The notes under the pieces were generated by a model. That model ran no database searches. It was not told the origin of the DNA and worked only from the letters and a program-made list of their open reading frames with translations. A DNA stretch of 20,000 bases from an uncultured virus (IMG/VR IMGVR_UViG_3300025769_011517) (lineage: Duplodnaviria > Heunggongvirae > Uroviricota > Caudoviricetes), in IMG/VR virus record IMGVR_UViG_3300025769_011517; one strand, written 5' to 3'. The position numbers and the translations under genes are program-made. This document shows, one piece after another, positions 7,650 to 16,236 of this stretch (position 1 is its first letter; every line of letters starts with the position of its first letter).

Positions 7650-9721
7650 CGAGACCTTCTTCTAGAATTACCCTTTTTACCTTTACCTCCACCGGAGTCG
7701 CCTCCGGGGCCTCCTCCTCCGCCACCACCGGAAGGACCGCCACCGCCGCCACCGGCAGGACCAGCAGATGTCGCAGCAGTGGCTACAGTCACGGCTGCGG
7801 CGGCAGCAACAACAGTACGACGAGTTTCTGTATCAACCACAGAACCCTCAGCGATGTATTCATTGAAAGCCTCGTCGTCAAAGATATCTACAGTCTCTTC
7901 AAACTCTGCCTTAACTTCGTCGTCCGCTTCGTTAACGGCAGCGACGAGAACAACTTTGGCATCGTCAGAGATGTTGTCAAAGTTTTCGTCAGTCACAAGG
8001 CTTTTGATTTCTTCCGTGGTGATTTCACCGTCAACGACATTCAAGAAATCTTCCGCAAGTTCCTCATCAAGCTCGTCTAGTTGTTCCACAACTTTGACTT
8101 CTGCTTCATCAACCTCAAGCAATTCAACGCCTTGAGTATCAATACCGAGTTCCTCAAACTCCACTTTAGTTTCAGCGGCTTTTTCTTCTTCAGGTGTCGG
8201 TGGAATGGTCGTTATTACCGGCAGCGTCGTCGTTGTCGTCGTTGGCGGCAGCGTTGTTGTCGTGCTTGTTGTAGTTGTAGTACTTGTTGTTGAAGAAGTA
8301 GTCGTAGTTGGGGTTACCGTAGTCGTCGTAGGCGGTAGGGTTGTAGTCGTTGATGTTGTCGTCGTAGTGGTAGATGGCGGTGCCTCCGTCGTTGTAGTTG
8401 TAGGCGCTACCGTCGTCGTAGTTGTAGGCGGCAACGTCGTTGTTGTCGTTACAGGTATTGTAGTGGTTGTGGTCGTGGTTGGAGGCAAGGTCGTAGTAGT
8501 TGTTGTCGTCGTGGTCGTCGTTGTGGTCGGGGGAACGGTGGTTGTCGTCGTGGTAGTCGGAGGAGTACCTTCTGAAACTTGAATTTCCATCGTCTCTCCA
8601 ACATGACAATCGTTCTCAGAACCGCAAGCAAGAATGTTAAAGAACCACGTCGCACTACCTAGGTCATCATAAGCAACCGTGTGAGAAGTCGAAGAAATGG
8701 TTTGAGTATAAGTAATGTTAGACTCATCTATTTCCCACGGATTACCAAGTTGGTTCCAAGCGATCTTGTAATGCGCAGGATCGACAAAACCGTCACTAGA
8801 AGCATCCCAACTAAATGTGATGTCGCCAGTAGCGTCATCCCGTTCGTAAGTCTGGTTGTCAACTATGTCGGGCATATTCATGATGGAGATGGAGGCAACA
8901 GATGTCCAATTAGAGTACAAAGCGTTAGTGTCGTTATCCGAGCGAACATTAACGTTGAACAAACCGTGTGCTTCGTTGAACAACTGCTCTATGTAAGAAG
9001 CGTTGAACGTATACTCGGTAACGAGAGCGTTCTCATCTCCAACGTTACCAGTAGCAACGCCATACGGTCCAGCGTTCCCGTCGTCATTCAGACCAAACCC
9101 AATAGCGTAACGTTCTGGATCAACGTTTCCGTCAGTTGGTGCATCCCAATCAGCCTTCACCGTACCGTTGTAGTAGTCAACGGTTAAAGTCAAATTGGTA
9201 GGATCGCCTATAGTTTGAGGAATTGTCGTCGTGGTCGTTGTGGTGGTTGTAGTGGTTGTGGTCGTGGTTGTGGGTATACTGTCTGAAGTTAAAGACAGAT
9301 CAGCAACTATTTCATAGTCATAACCAGACGGGTTCGAACCCAAGCCACGCAAACTGCAGCAATAGCCAGCCCTAATTCTGTAATCTCCAGCATTTAGGGT
9401 GGTATAAATCTTTGACGAAACACACTGATCAGCGAAGTTGTGGTTACCGTCGTCGTTTTGCGCAACTAACGCTCCAGTAGATTCGGGACCGTCTTCGTAT
9501 ACCCATAAATAGGGGTCTGCGCCGGGTTCTGAGCATGACCTGTTTGAATTACCATAGATAATGACTTGAGTCCCGTCATTATCAATTGAAAAGTACCAGT
9601 CAGATTCTTCGGTGACTGTGTATGTGGCGGCGGCTGCAGGTACAGGAGAAAACCACGCTAAAGCAAAAACCCACACAAGAGAAGCTTTAGCTGCACGCCT
9701 AAAATGTCTACCTCGACTCAT
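7646..9721 (-). CDS. Large secreted/surface protein: signal peptide, PPC-like and FN3-like domains, Thr-rich linkers, acidic domain, C-terminal hydrophobic + Gly-rich + basic tail
   Basis: ATG at 9721 with a GGAGA RBS. Basic/hydrophobic N-terminus ending PAAAA; DPYLWVY...NDDG; W.AP and FSWDA FN3-like motifs; long poly-Thr tracts. Confidence 0.8.
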   Translation of the reverse strand: MSRGRHFRRAAKASLVWVFALAWFSPVPAAAATYTVTEESDWYFSIDNDGTQVIIYGNSNRSCSEPGADPYLWVYEDGPESTGALVAQNDDGNHNFADQCVSSKIYTTLNAGDYRIRAGYCCSLRGLGSNPSGYDYEIVADLSLTSDSIPTTTTTTTTTTTTTTTTIPQTIGDPTNLTLTVDYYNGTVKADWDAPTDGNVDPERYAIGFGLNDDGNAGPYGVATGNVGDENALVTEYTFNASYIEQLFNEAHGLFNVNVRSDNDTNALYSNWTSVASISIMNMPDIVDNQTYERDDATGDITFSWDASSDGFVDPAHYKIAWNQLGNPWEIDESNITYTQTISSTSHTVAYDDLGSATWFFNILACGSENDCHVGETMEIQVSEGTPPTTTTTTTVPPTTTTTTTTTTTTTLPPTTTTTTTIPVTTTTTLPPTTTTTVAPTTTTTEAPPSTTTTTTSTTTTLPPTTTTVTPTTTTSSTTSTTTTTSTTTTLPPTTTTTTLPVITTIPPTPEEEKAAETKVEFEELGIDTQGVELLEVDEAEVKVVEQLDELDEELAEDFLNVVDGEITTEEIKSLVTDENFDNISDDAKVVLVAAVNEADDEVKAEFEETVDIFDDEAFNEYIAEGSVVDTETRRTVVAAAAAVTVATAATSAGPAGGGGGGPSGGGGGGGPGGDSGGGKGKKGNSRRRSR
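8205..8560 (-). repeat. Low-complexity (ACN)n Thr-coding tract
   Basis: Encodes repeated (L/V)PPTTTTTT units. Confidence 0.85.
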
Positions 9722-9769
9722 AATATCTCCACAAAACAGCACTTAACATTTATTGTACAAGGAAAGCCC

Positions 9770-9797
9770 TTGCTTGATTTGCGGAAAGTGGTATAAT
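9770..9797 (+). promoter_or_regulatory. Promoter with extended -10 (leaderless arrangement)
   Basis: TTGCTT-N16-TATAAT preceded by TGG; ATG follows after 7 nt. Confidence 0.65.
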
Positions 9798-9804
9798 ACC
9801 AAGT

Positions 9805-10023
9805 ATGCCGAACTATACTTACTCGTGCCCCACTTGCGGCACCTTTGAAATATTCCAGAAAATGTCTGATGACAGCCTGACCGAGTGCCCAACTTGTTCA
9901 AGTTCGGTCAAAAAGATTTACAGCGCCCCAGGCTTTGTAGGCATGCCAAACGGACCAAAAGATACTGCTCCTGCCTACAACTCGGAGAGATCAGCTCTTT
10001 GGAATTCAGCACAGGCAGAGTAA
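9805..10023 (+). CDS. FmdB-family zinc-ribbon protein
   Basis: MPNYTYSCPTCG-FEIFQKMSD...CPTC...KKIYS. Confidence 0.85.
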   Translation: MPNYTYSCPTCGTFEIFQKMSDDSLTECPTCSSSVKKIYSAPGFVGMPNGPKDTAPAYNSERSALWNSAQAE

Positions 10024-10024
10024 C

Positions 10025-10654
10025 ATGGCCAGAATCACTTTTCTCACAGGAACAATGGCCTCTGGTAAAACCACCCACCTGCTACAAACGCATTTCAACA
10101 TTGAAGCAGCATTTCCAACACAAGTGCTATTAGTAAATCGAAACGACCGCATGGGTTCATCTATCTGTTCTAGCAGAATGGGTGGAATGACAGTCTGCGA
10201 AACAATAAACACAGACGACTCTTTAGTCTCTTTGATAGATAACCACAACCATAATAACCAAACATCTATCAAGTACCTATTCGTAGATGAAGCACAGTTT
10301 TTAACTAGTCAACAAGTTGACGATCTGGTTGAACTAGCTGATCTTAAAGATATTGAAATCTACGCTTACGGTCTACTAACAAACTTTAAAGGACGCCTGT
10401 TCTCTGCGTCGCAACGGCTGATTGAAGTTTGTGACAGATTAATTCAACTAGATAATGGGGTACGGTGTTGGTGCGGTAATCCCGCCACGCACAATGCACT
10501 ATTTATTTCGGGCGAGCCGCACGTAGAAGGAGCAGACGAAGTAGTTGACGCTAGCGACATGGTTGAATATCGGGTCATGTGCAGAAAGCACTTTACCTCA
10601 CACCGGAACCATCAATCAAAGGTTAGCAGTAAAGTGAATCGTACCATCGTCTAA
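10025..10654 (+). CDS. tdk: Thymidine kinase (type II)
   Basis: GTMASGKTT, SSRMG, VDEAQFL, YGLLTNFKGRLF, CWCG and Y.VMCRKH. Confidence 0.93.
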   Translation: MARITFLTGTMASGKTTHLLQTHFNIEAAFPTQVLLVNRNDRMGSSICSSRMGGMTVCETINTDDSLVSLIDNHNHNNQTSIKYLFVDEAQFLTSQQVDDLVELADLKDIEIYAYGLLTNFKGRLFSASQRLIEVCDRLIQLDNGVRCWCGNPATHNALFISGEPHVEGADEVVDASDMVEYRVMCRKHFTSHRNHQSKVSSKVNRTIV

Positions 10655-10825
10655 CTGTTGAGCTTCAATAGACAAGCCTTCAAATAGTACGCTAACCACG
10701 TTGAGCATGTCGTCACGAGTCTCTTGTTCTTCCCCTTCTTCAGGGTCGTATAAATCAACAAGAGTGTCTACAAAATAGTCGTAAAGGGCTTGCATAGCCT
10801 CATCAGAGTTTCTAATCACCATCAT
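10616..10825 (-). CDS. Small acidic hypothetical protein
   Basis: 69-aa ORF filling the gap between tdk and ssb, with a protein-like acidic helical composition. Confidence 0.65.
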   Translation of the reverse strand: MMVIRNSDEAMQALYDYFVDTLVDLYDPEEGEEQETRDDMLNVVSVLFEGLSIEAQQLDDGTIHFTANL

Positions 10826-10876
10826 TTTAGTTTATTGTTATCTTCTTTCAGAATCAAGCAATCCGACAATTTGGTC

Positions 10877-10905
10877 TTGACAGACATGTGAGTACAGAGT
10901 AGTAT
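10877..10905 (+). promoter_or_regulatory. ssb promoter
   Basis: TTGACA-N17-TAGTAT. Confidence 0.7.
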
Positions 10906-10944
10906 ATGGACATCTGTACATAGTCAACATGATAGGAGAAGATA

Positions 10945-11376
10945 ATGAGCAATGCAGATATTACAGTAACCGGTAACGTTACCGCCGACCCCGAACTGAA
11001 GTTTGCCTCCAACGGCAACGCACGTTTGTCGTTTTCAATTGCGTCAAACAAGCGCTTTCAGGTCAACGGCGAGTGGCAGGAAGAAACGAGTTTCTTCAAC
11101 GTAGTGGCGTGGCGAGGAATCGCAGAAATGGCCGCTAACGTGCTAGAGAAGGGCACGCCCGTAGTTATCAAGGGCCGACTGGAACAGCGCTCGTGGGAGA
11201 ACGCAGAAGGCGAAAAGCGTTCAACTGTCGAAATCGTTGCTGACACCGTTGCTGTCAATACCATCGGAATTGAAAGCCTGGAGCGCCGCCGTGGCGGTGG
11301 AGGTGGCGGCTCAAGCCGTCCTGCGCCTCGCCAGAAGGCGACAGTTCCTAGCAGCGATCCCTTTGAGGATTTCTGA
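10945..11376 (+). CDS. ssb: Single-stranded DNA-binding protein
   Basis: ITVTGNVTADPELKF, FFNVVAWR and GRLEQRSWE..EGEKRSTVEI; acidic DPFEDF tail. Confidence 0.96.
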   Translation: MSNADITVTGNVTADPELKFASNGNARLSFSIASNKRFQVNGEWQEETSFFNVVAWRGIAEMAANVLEKGTPVVIKGRLEQRSWENAEGEKRSTVEIVADTVAVNTIGIESLERRRGGGGGGSSRPAPRQKATVPSSDPFEDF

Positions 11377-11400
11377 TAGCCACCTAGCAGAAAGGAGTAC

Positions 11401-11428
11401 AGCCCCCCGAAAGGGGGGCTTCTTCTTT
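11401..11428 (+). terminator. Intrinsic terminator
   Basis: AGCCCCCC-GAAA-GGGGGGCT followed by TCTTCTTT. Confidence 0.85.
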
Positions 11429-11432
11429 GGTA

Positions 11433-11461
11433 TTGACATTTACTAAAAAGGAGTGTAGTCT
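11433..11461 (+). promoter_or_regulatory. Replication operon promoter
   Basis: TTGACA-N17-TAGTCT; ATG follows after 6 nt. Confidence 0.65.
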
Positions 11462-11467
11462 GTAAGC

Positions 11468-11935
11468 ATGGACAAGAATGAATGCAAAAGCGCAGTTGAG
11501 CTACTGAGCGTGACATGGAACCAGTCACTAGACAATGCCTCGTTAACCATCAGAATGAAAGGCTACTGGGAATACATTAGCGACCTAGACTACGAGGCAG
11601 TAAGAGACACTATCAAAGAGATGGGTATCTCAGGCAAGAAGTGGCTACCCCGGCCCGGAGAACTTCGAACTATTGTTTTGGCAAAGATTAACGGAGAAGA
11701 ACTTCCTCCTGAACCTGAAGAAGCGTGGACAGTACTTCAAGCTATTGGGCAAAAGATTTATAGCGGCACGTATGATTACAACAAGCCCCATCCCGTTCTG
11801 GCAGAAACCATCAAACGGTTGGGCACAAACGCTACCGCATTGACAACCAACGCAGATCGTGCTATGTTTATCTCTTTGTACGAGAAGACACGAGAAGCGT
11901 GGATACTAGAAAGGTACGGTTATGGAACCGATTGA
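11468..11935 (+). CDS. Helicase loader/inhibitor-like protein (SPP1 G39P-like)
   Basis: W.EYISDLDYEAV......KWLPRPGELR...EEAW pattern, directly upstream of the primase-helicase. Confidence 0.55.
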   Translation: MDKNECKSAVELLSVTWNQSLDNASLTIRMKGYWEYISDLDYEAVRDTIKEMGISGKKWLPRPGELRTIVLAKINGEELPPEPEEAWTVLQAIGQKIYSGTYDYNKPHPVLAETIKRLGTNATALTTNADRAMFISLYEKTREAWILERYGYGTD

Positions 11936-13718
11936 TAACGTATTAGCACGGCTAAACAGTAAAAAGTCAGGCAACAATCAGTGGGATGCAACGTGCCCTT
12001 GCCGTTCTGACGATGACAATCCTTCTCTTCGTGTATCTGTAGGCCGTCAGGGACAAGTCCTGATGAAGTGCCTACGGGGCGGAGGGTGCGACCTTAACGA
12101 GATTTGTGAATCTATTGACCTTACCACGTCGGACCTTTTCCCTAAAGACACTGAAGCCCCCAAGAAGCCTAAGCTAAACCTAGTAGACACCTACCCTTAC
12201 TACGATGAGGAAGGCTCACTAGTGATGGAAGTTCTTAGGTTTGTGGACGAGCGAGGCAAGAAGACTTTTAGGCAGCGTCAGCCTGATGCCAACGGCGGCT
12301 GGAACTGGTCAACATCAGACTTGCAGAAGCCTCTCTATAGGCTTCCTCAGGTGCTCGCCGCTAAAGAAGAAGGCCGACCTATCTATGTTGTTGAAGGTGA
12401 GAAAGACGTACACTCACTTGAAGACTTAGGGAAGACTGCTACAACAAACCCTGGCGGTGCAGGTGCTGAGGGGCAAAACAAATGGATGGCTCACCACACC
12501 GCAGCGCTGGCCGGAGCTAACGTTATCATTATCTGTGATAACGATGAAGCGGGCTATCTCCACGCAAGATCAGTCAATAAAATGCTGACCGAGGCAGGAT
12601 GCAAAGTAAAGGTCTTCAAGCCCGGAAAGCACAACGACGTTTCTGACTTGATTAATGCTGGTGAAGAACTTAGCGATAGCCTCATTCCTTTTGACACTAG
12701 CGTTGAAGATGACGTGGTTCCTGAAGAAACCGAATCACCTCTAGACAAACTCATCTACGATCTATCAGACTTGAAAGATCAAGACTTGTCATCAGGTGTC
12801 CTTATGGGCAGAGTTGCGTCAAGCCTTGACGCATTCATTTCACAAAAAGATCGTCAACACAGAGACAATGGTAATCTGGTAGAGTGGACTCCTTTCTTAG
12901 AAACAGACGTTGATCTCTCCTACGATTGGGTTATCCCTAACGTACTAGAACGCCAAGAACGAGTCATTGTTGTTGCCGCTGAAGGCGCAGGTAAAACTAC
13001 TCTCGCCCGACAGGTTGCGCTAATGTCTGCTGCAGGCATTCACCCTTTCAGACGAGACGTTATGAAGCCTGCCCGTACTCTCATGATCGACTTGGAAAAC
13101 CCTGAGCGAATCATTAGACGAACATCAATGCGAATCTATGACAAAATCAAATGGTTTGAAAAGCACGAAAGCATGGACGCCCATCTACTCATGAAGCCTG
13201 ACGGCGTTAACTTGCTAACCCCTGCAGACCGAGCCATGATTGAAGAGCACGTTGCGGCAATCCAGCCTGACATCTTGTTCTTTGGTCCTCTGTACAAGGC
13301 GTTCATTGATCCCGGTGGACGCACGGCAGAATCAGTCTCAATTGAAATCGCAAGGTTCTTAGACTACCTTCGCCACACCTACAACTGTGCGCTATGGATT
13401 GAGCACCACGCCCCCTTGGGGTCTGGTGGACAGCGAGACCTTCGTCCTTTCGGTTCAGCAGTATGGTCAAGATGGTCAGAGTTCGGTATTGCTCTAGCGC
13501 CTGATCCCACCGATCCTGAGCTTATTGAGTTTAAGCACTACCGTGGACAGCGAGAAGCTAGAGAATGGCCTGCGCTTTGCAAGCGTGGCGATACTTGGCC
13601 CTTTGAAGTTGTAGAGTTCTCTCAGTACAACTCCACGGTAGAAAGTGGCCGGACAGACGAAGAACTTAACACGGCTCTGGAAAACGAAGAGTTTGACGAC
13701 GAAGTAATTAACTGGTAA
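11922..13718 (+). CDS. DNA primase (Zn-binding + Toprim) fused to a RecA-like AAA helicase
   Basis: CPC..D.NPSL...C..GC zinc finger; VVEGEKD and DNDEAG Toprim motifs; AAEGAGKTT Walker A, IDLEN and EHH...R.FGS. Confidence 0.9.
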   Translation: MEPIDNVLARLNSKKSGNNQWDATCPCRSDDDNPSLRVSVGRQGQVLMKCLRGGGCDLNEICESIDLTTSDLFPKDTEAPKKPKLNLVDTYPYYDEEGSLVMEVLRFVDERGKKTFRQRQPDANGGWNWSTSDLQKPLYRLPQVLAAKEEGRPIYVVEGEKDVHSLEDLGKTATTNPGGAGAEGQNKWMAHHTAALAGANVIIICDNDEAGYLHARSVNKMLTEAGCKVKVFKPGKHNDVSDLINAGEELSDSLIPFDTSVEDDVVPEETESPLDKLIYDLSDLKDQDLSSGVLMGRVASSLDAFISQKDRQHRDNGNLVEWTPFLETDVDLSYDWVIPNVLERQERVIVVAAEGAGKTTLARQVALMSAAGIHPFRRDVMKPARTLMIDLENPERIIRRTSMRIYDKIKWFEKHESMDAHLLMKPDGVNLLTPADRAMIEEHVAAIQPDILFFGPLYKAFIDPGGRTAESVSIEIARFLDYLRHTYNCALWIEHHAPLGSGGQRDLRPFGSAVWSRWSEFGIALAPDPTDPELIEFKHYRGQREAREWPALCKRGDTWPFEVVEFSQYNSTVESGRTDEELNTALENEEFDDEVINW

Positions 13719-13728
13719 GGTAGACAAC

Positions 13729-14754
13729 ATGAGAAAGCGCATTTTACTAACAGGTGGACTTGGGTTCATCGGATCACACACCGTAGAACATTGGCTAAAA
13801 ACGACAGACTGGGACATTGTTGTCTTAGACTCTCTAAGGTTCTCCGGCAGAATTGAAAGACTGCTGGACATTGAAGCCTACGACCCCAAACGGGTTACCC
13901 CTCTATGGCATGATCTCCGAGCACCCCTCCACGATCAAATCAAGCGACAAATCGGAGACATCGACTACATCGTCAACATGGCATCCGACTCGCACGTAGA
14001 CCGGTCCATCACTGAACCAGTTGACTTTGTACAAAACAATGTAAGCCTTGCACTAAACATGCTGGAGTATGCACGAGACGTACAGCCAGAAAAGTTTATT
14101 CAAGTATCAACAGACGAAGTATACGGACCTGCCCCCGTCGGACACGACCACGCAGAAGGAGAGCCGCATAGGCCCTCTAACCCTTACTCTGCATCAAAGT
14201 CTGCACAGGAAGCAATAGCTTTCTCATACTGGAGAACATACAACGTTCCCGTATACATCACCAACACCATGAACAACTTTGGCGAAAGACAGCACCCCGA
14301 AAAGTATGTTCCCATGGTCATCAACAAGATACTTAATGGTGAACAAATTGAAGTCCACAGCCGCCCTAACGAAAACGGCGAATGGACAATTGGATCACGA
14401 GTATGGCTACACGCACGCAACCATGCGGACGCAGTACAGCACATACTTCAAAACATTGACCATCAGCAGTACGTCAACAGCGACGTAACGCCTGACCTTC
14501 AACGCTACAACGTATCTGGCGACAGAGAAATCGACAACCTGCAAATCGTGAACATGATCAGCGATATTGTAGGCAAGCCCGCAAACTATGAGCTTGTGGA
14601 CTACCACTCTAGCCGACCCGGACACGACTTGCGTTACTCGCTCAATGGTGATAAACTTAAAAACGCTGGATGGACAGCACCCATGAGTGTTGAAGAATCG
14701 TTTGAAAAAACAGTCAACTGGACACTTCAGCATCCCGAGTGGCTGCTAGATTGA
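13729..14754 (+). CDS. dTDP-glucose 4,6-dehydratase-like NAD-dependent epimerase/dehydratase (RmlB-like)
   Basis: TGGLGFIGS, ASDSHVDRSI, VSTDEVYG, PYSASK, NNFGERQHPEK and RPGHDLRY. Confidence 0.9.
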   Translation: MRKRILLTGGLGFIGSHTVEHWLKTTDWDIVVLDSLRFSGRIERLLDIEAYDPKRVTPLWHDLRAPLHDQIKRQIGDIDYIVNMASDSHVDRSITEPVDFVQNNVSLALNMLEYARDVQPEKFIQVSTDEVYGPAPVGHDHAEGEPHRPSNPYSASKSAQEAIAFSYWRTYNVPVYITNTMNNFGERQHPEKYVPMVINKILNGEQIEVHSRPNENGEWTIGSRVWLHARNHADAVQHILQNIDHQQYVNSDVTPDLQRYNVSGDREIDNLQIVNMISDIVGKPANYELVDYHSSRPGHDLRYSLNGDKLKNAGWTAPMSVEESFEKTVNWTLQHPEWLLD

Positions 14755-14762
14755 TGTCACAC

Positions 14763-14791
14763 TTGACATAAACCAAACGGTTGCATATTAT
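14763..14791 (+). promoter_or_regulatory. Promoter of putative sRNA
   Basis: TTGACA-N17-TATTAT. Confidence 0.7.
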
Positions 14792-14796
14792 AAGAG

Positions 14797-14881
14797 TAGT
14801 CCTCTCATAATACACAAACAGCACTTTGGGTATTTCCAACGAGGAAGTGACCCCGGCCTTAGGGCTGGGGTCACACTATTT
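14797..14881 (+). ncRNA. Candidate ~85-nt small RNA
   Basis: Lies between a near-consensus promoter and a strong hairpin; contains no ATG; internal TCCTC/GAGGA and TTGG/CCAA stems. Confidence 0.45.
14847..14881 (+). terminator. Terminator hairpin
   Basis: GTGACCCCGGCC-ttag-GGCTGGGGTCAC followed by ACTATTT. Confidence 0.7.
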
Positions 14882-14894
14882 ACAGCCTACTTAT

Positions 14895-14923
14895 TTGACA
14901 TACCATTACAAGTGTGTTATAAT
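14895..14923 (+). promoter_or_regulatory. Perfect consensus sigma70 promoter
   Basis: TTGACA-N17-TATAAT with a TGn extension. Confidence 0.85.
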
Positions 14924-14951
14924 GAAGGCTCCATAACAAAAGGAGAAGAAT

Positions 14952-15545
14952 ATGGAATCAACAAACGAATACGCCGTTTTCCTAGACGTAGACGGTGTAA
15001 TTAACAGCATCAACCACCTGTACACTCGTGGCGAGCTTGACTTTGACGCAGAAACTCTGCCTCATCCCGCCAACGGCTACACAGTGTGGGTTCCCGACTA
15101 CATGGCGTCACTTGTGCAGGGGCTTTACAAGAGCACCGACCTGTACTGGCTGACCACGTGGCGAGATAATGCAAACCAGCACATTTCGCCCATTCTCGGA
15201 ATCCCCGAAGACATTCCCGTCATTGACGACGGCACCAAGGAACGTGCAGTGCACTGGAAGTTTGATGCATGCCTTCCCCTGGCGCAAGAACTTGCAGCCA
15301 AGGGACAGAAAGTATACTGGATCGAAGACTTTGGCGGACGGATCGACCCCCGCCACTCGCCTTACCTTACCTACGTAGACACCGACACTCGTGACGAAGG
15401 AGTCCTACTCCCTCAGCACCTGCCCTACGAACTGCAGGAGCACATCATTGACCACGGCGACTACAACGGCCCCCTGTACCTTAAGGCCCCTCGCACGAAG
15501 AGCAACTTCACGGTCCACACCCGTAACTTCGGAGTAGACGCCTGA
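14952..15545 (+). CDS. HAD-superfamily hydrolase (HAD_SAK-like)
   Basis: FLDVDGVIN, WLTTWRDNA, WK and WIED motifs. Confidence 0.8.
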   Translation: MESTNEYAVFLDVDGVINSINHLYTRGELDFDAETLPHPANGYTVWVPDYMASLVQGLYKSTDLYWLTTWRDNANQHISPILGIPEDIPVIDDGTKERAVHWKFDACLPLAQELAAKGQKVYWIEDFGGRIDPRHSPYLTYVDTDTRDEGVLLPQHLPYELQEHIIDHGDYNGPLYLKAPRTKSNFTVHTRNFGVDA

Positions 15546-16225
15546 TGACAAACCAGATCACAGTGCTAGACCAAGGCTTCGTAAGACTAGACGCCGCAAC
15601 AGCAGACGACCTGTCCGTAGTAAACGCCGCACGAGTCAGCTTTGGTCAGCACAGTGACGGCCTAACCGAAAAAGACAAAGGTCTCATCGGTTTCCTGATG
15701 CGGGAACAGCACGGAACCCCCTTCGAACACAACTTCTTCAGGTTCCACATCAAAGCACCTATCTTTGTTGTGCGAGAATGGTTCCGTCACCGCATCGGCT
15801 GGTCATACAACGAATACTCTGGACGATACTCAGAGATTCCCACCGAAGCCTACATGCCCGCAACCGAACAAATGCGGACACAAGTAGGCAAGCCCGGATC
15901 ATACACATTTGAACCCATGGAATCTGCAGAGTTCTCCGAAGCCCGAATGAAACTATCATACCACGCTAGTTTCCACGCCTACGAGAAACTCCTAGAAGAA
16001 GGCGTAGCAAAAGAAGTAGCCCGCATGGTGCTACCCGTCGCAACCTACAGCGAATTCTACGCCACAACAAACGCACGGGCACTCATGAACTTCATCAACC
16101 TACGAGGCGACGAAACCGCCCAATGGGAGATTAGACAATACGCAGATGCCTTGGAACACTTCTTCCAAGCAGCAATGCCCATCACACACGACCACTTCAT
16201 CAACAACGGGCGAGTAGCGCCCTGA
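15545..16225 (+). CDS. thyX: Flavin-dependent thymidylate synthase
   Basis: VNAARVS, HGTPFEH, REWFRHRIGWSYNEYSGRY, EVARMVLP and AQWEIR. Confidence 0.97.
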   Translation: MTNQITVLDQGFVRLDAATADDLSVVNAARVSFGQHSDGLTEKDKGLIGFLMREQHGTPFEHNFFRFHIKAPIFVVREWFRHRIGWSYNEYSGRYSEIPTEAYMPATEQMRTQVGKPGSYTFEPMESAEFSEARMKLSYHASFHAYEKLLEEGVAKEVARMVLPVATYSEFYATTNARALMNFINLRGDETAQWEIRQYADALEHFFQAAMPITHDHFINNGRVAP

Positions 16226-16236
16226 AAAGGAGAAAC

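Noticed and set aside
8190..8655. Poly-Val and Asp/Asn/Tyr-rich ORFs
   Set aside because: Alternative frames of the Thr-rich tract.
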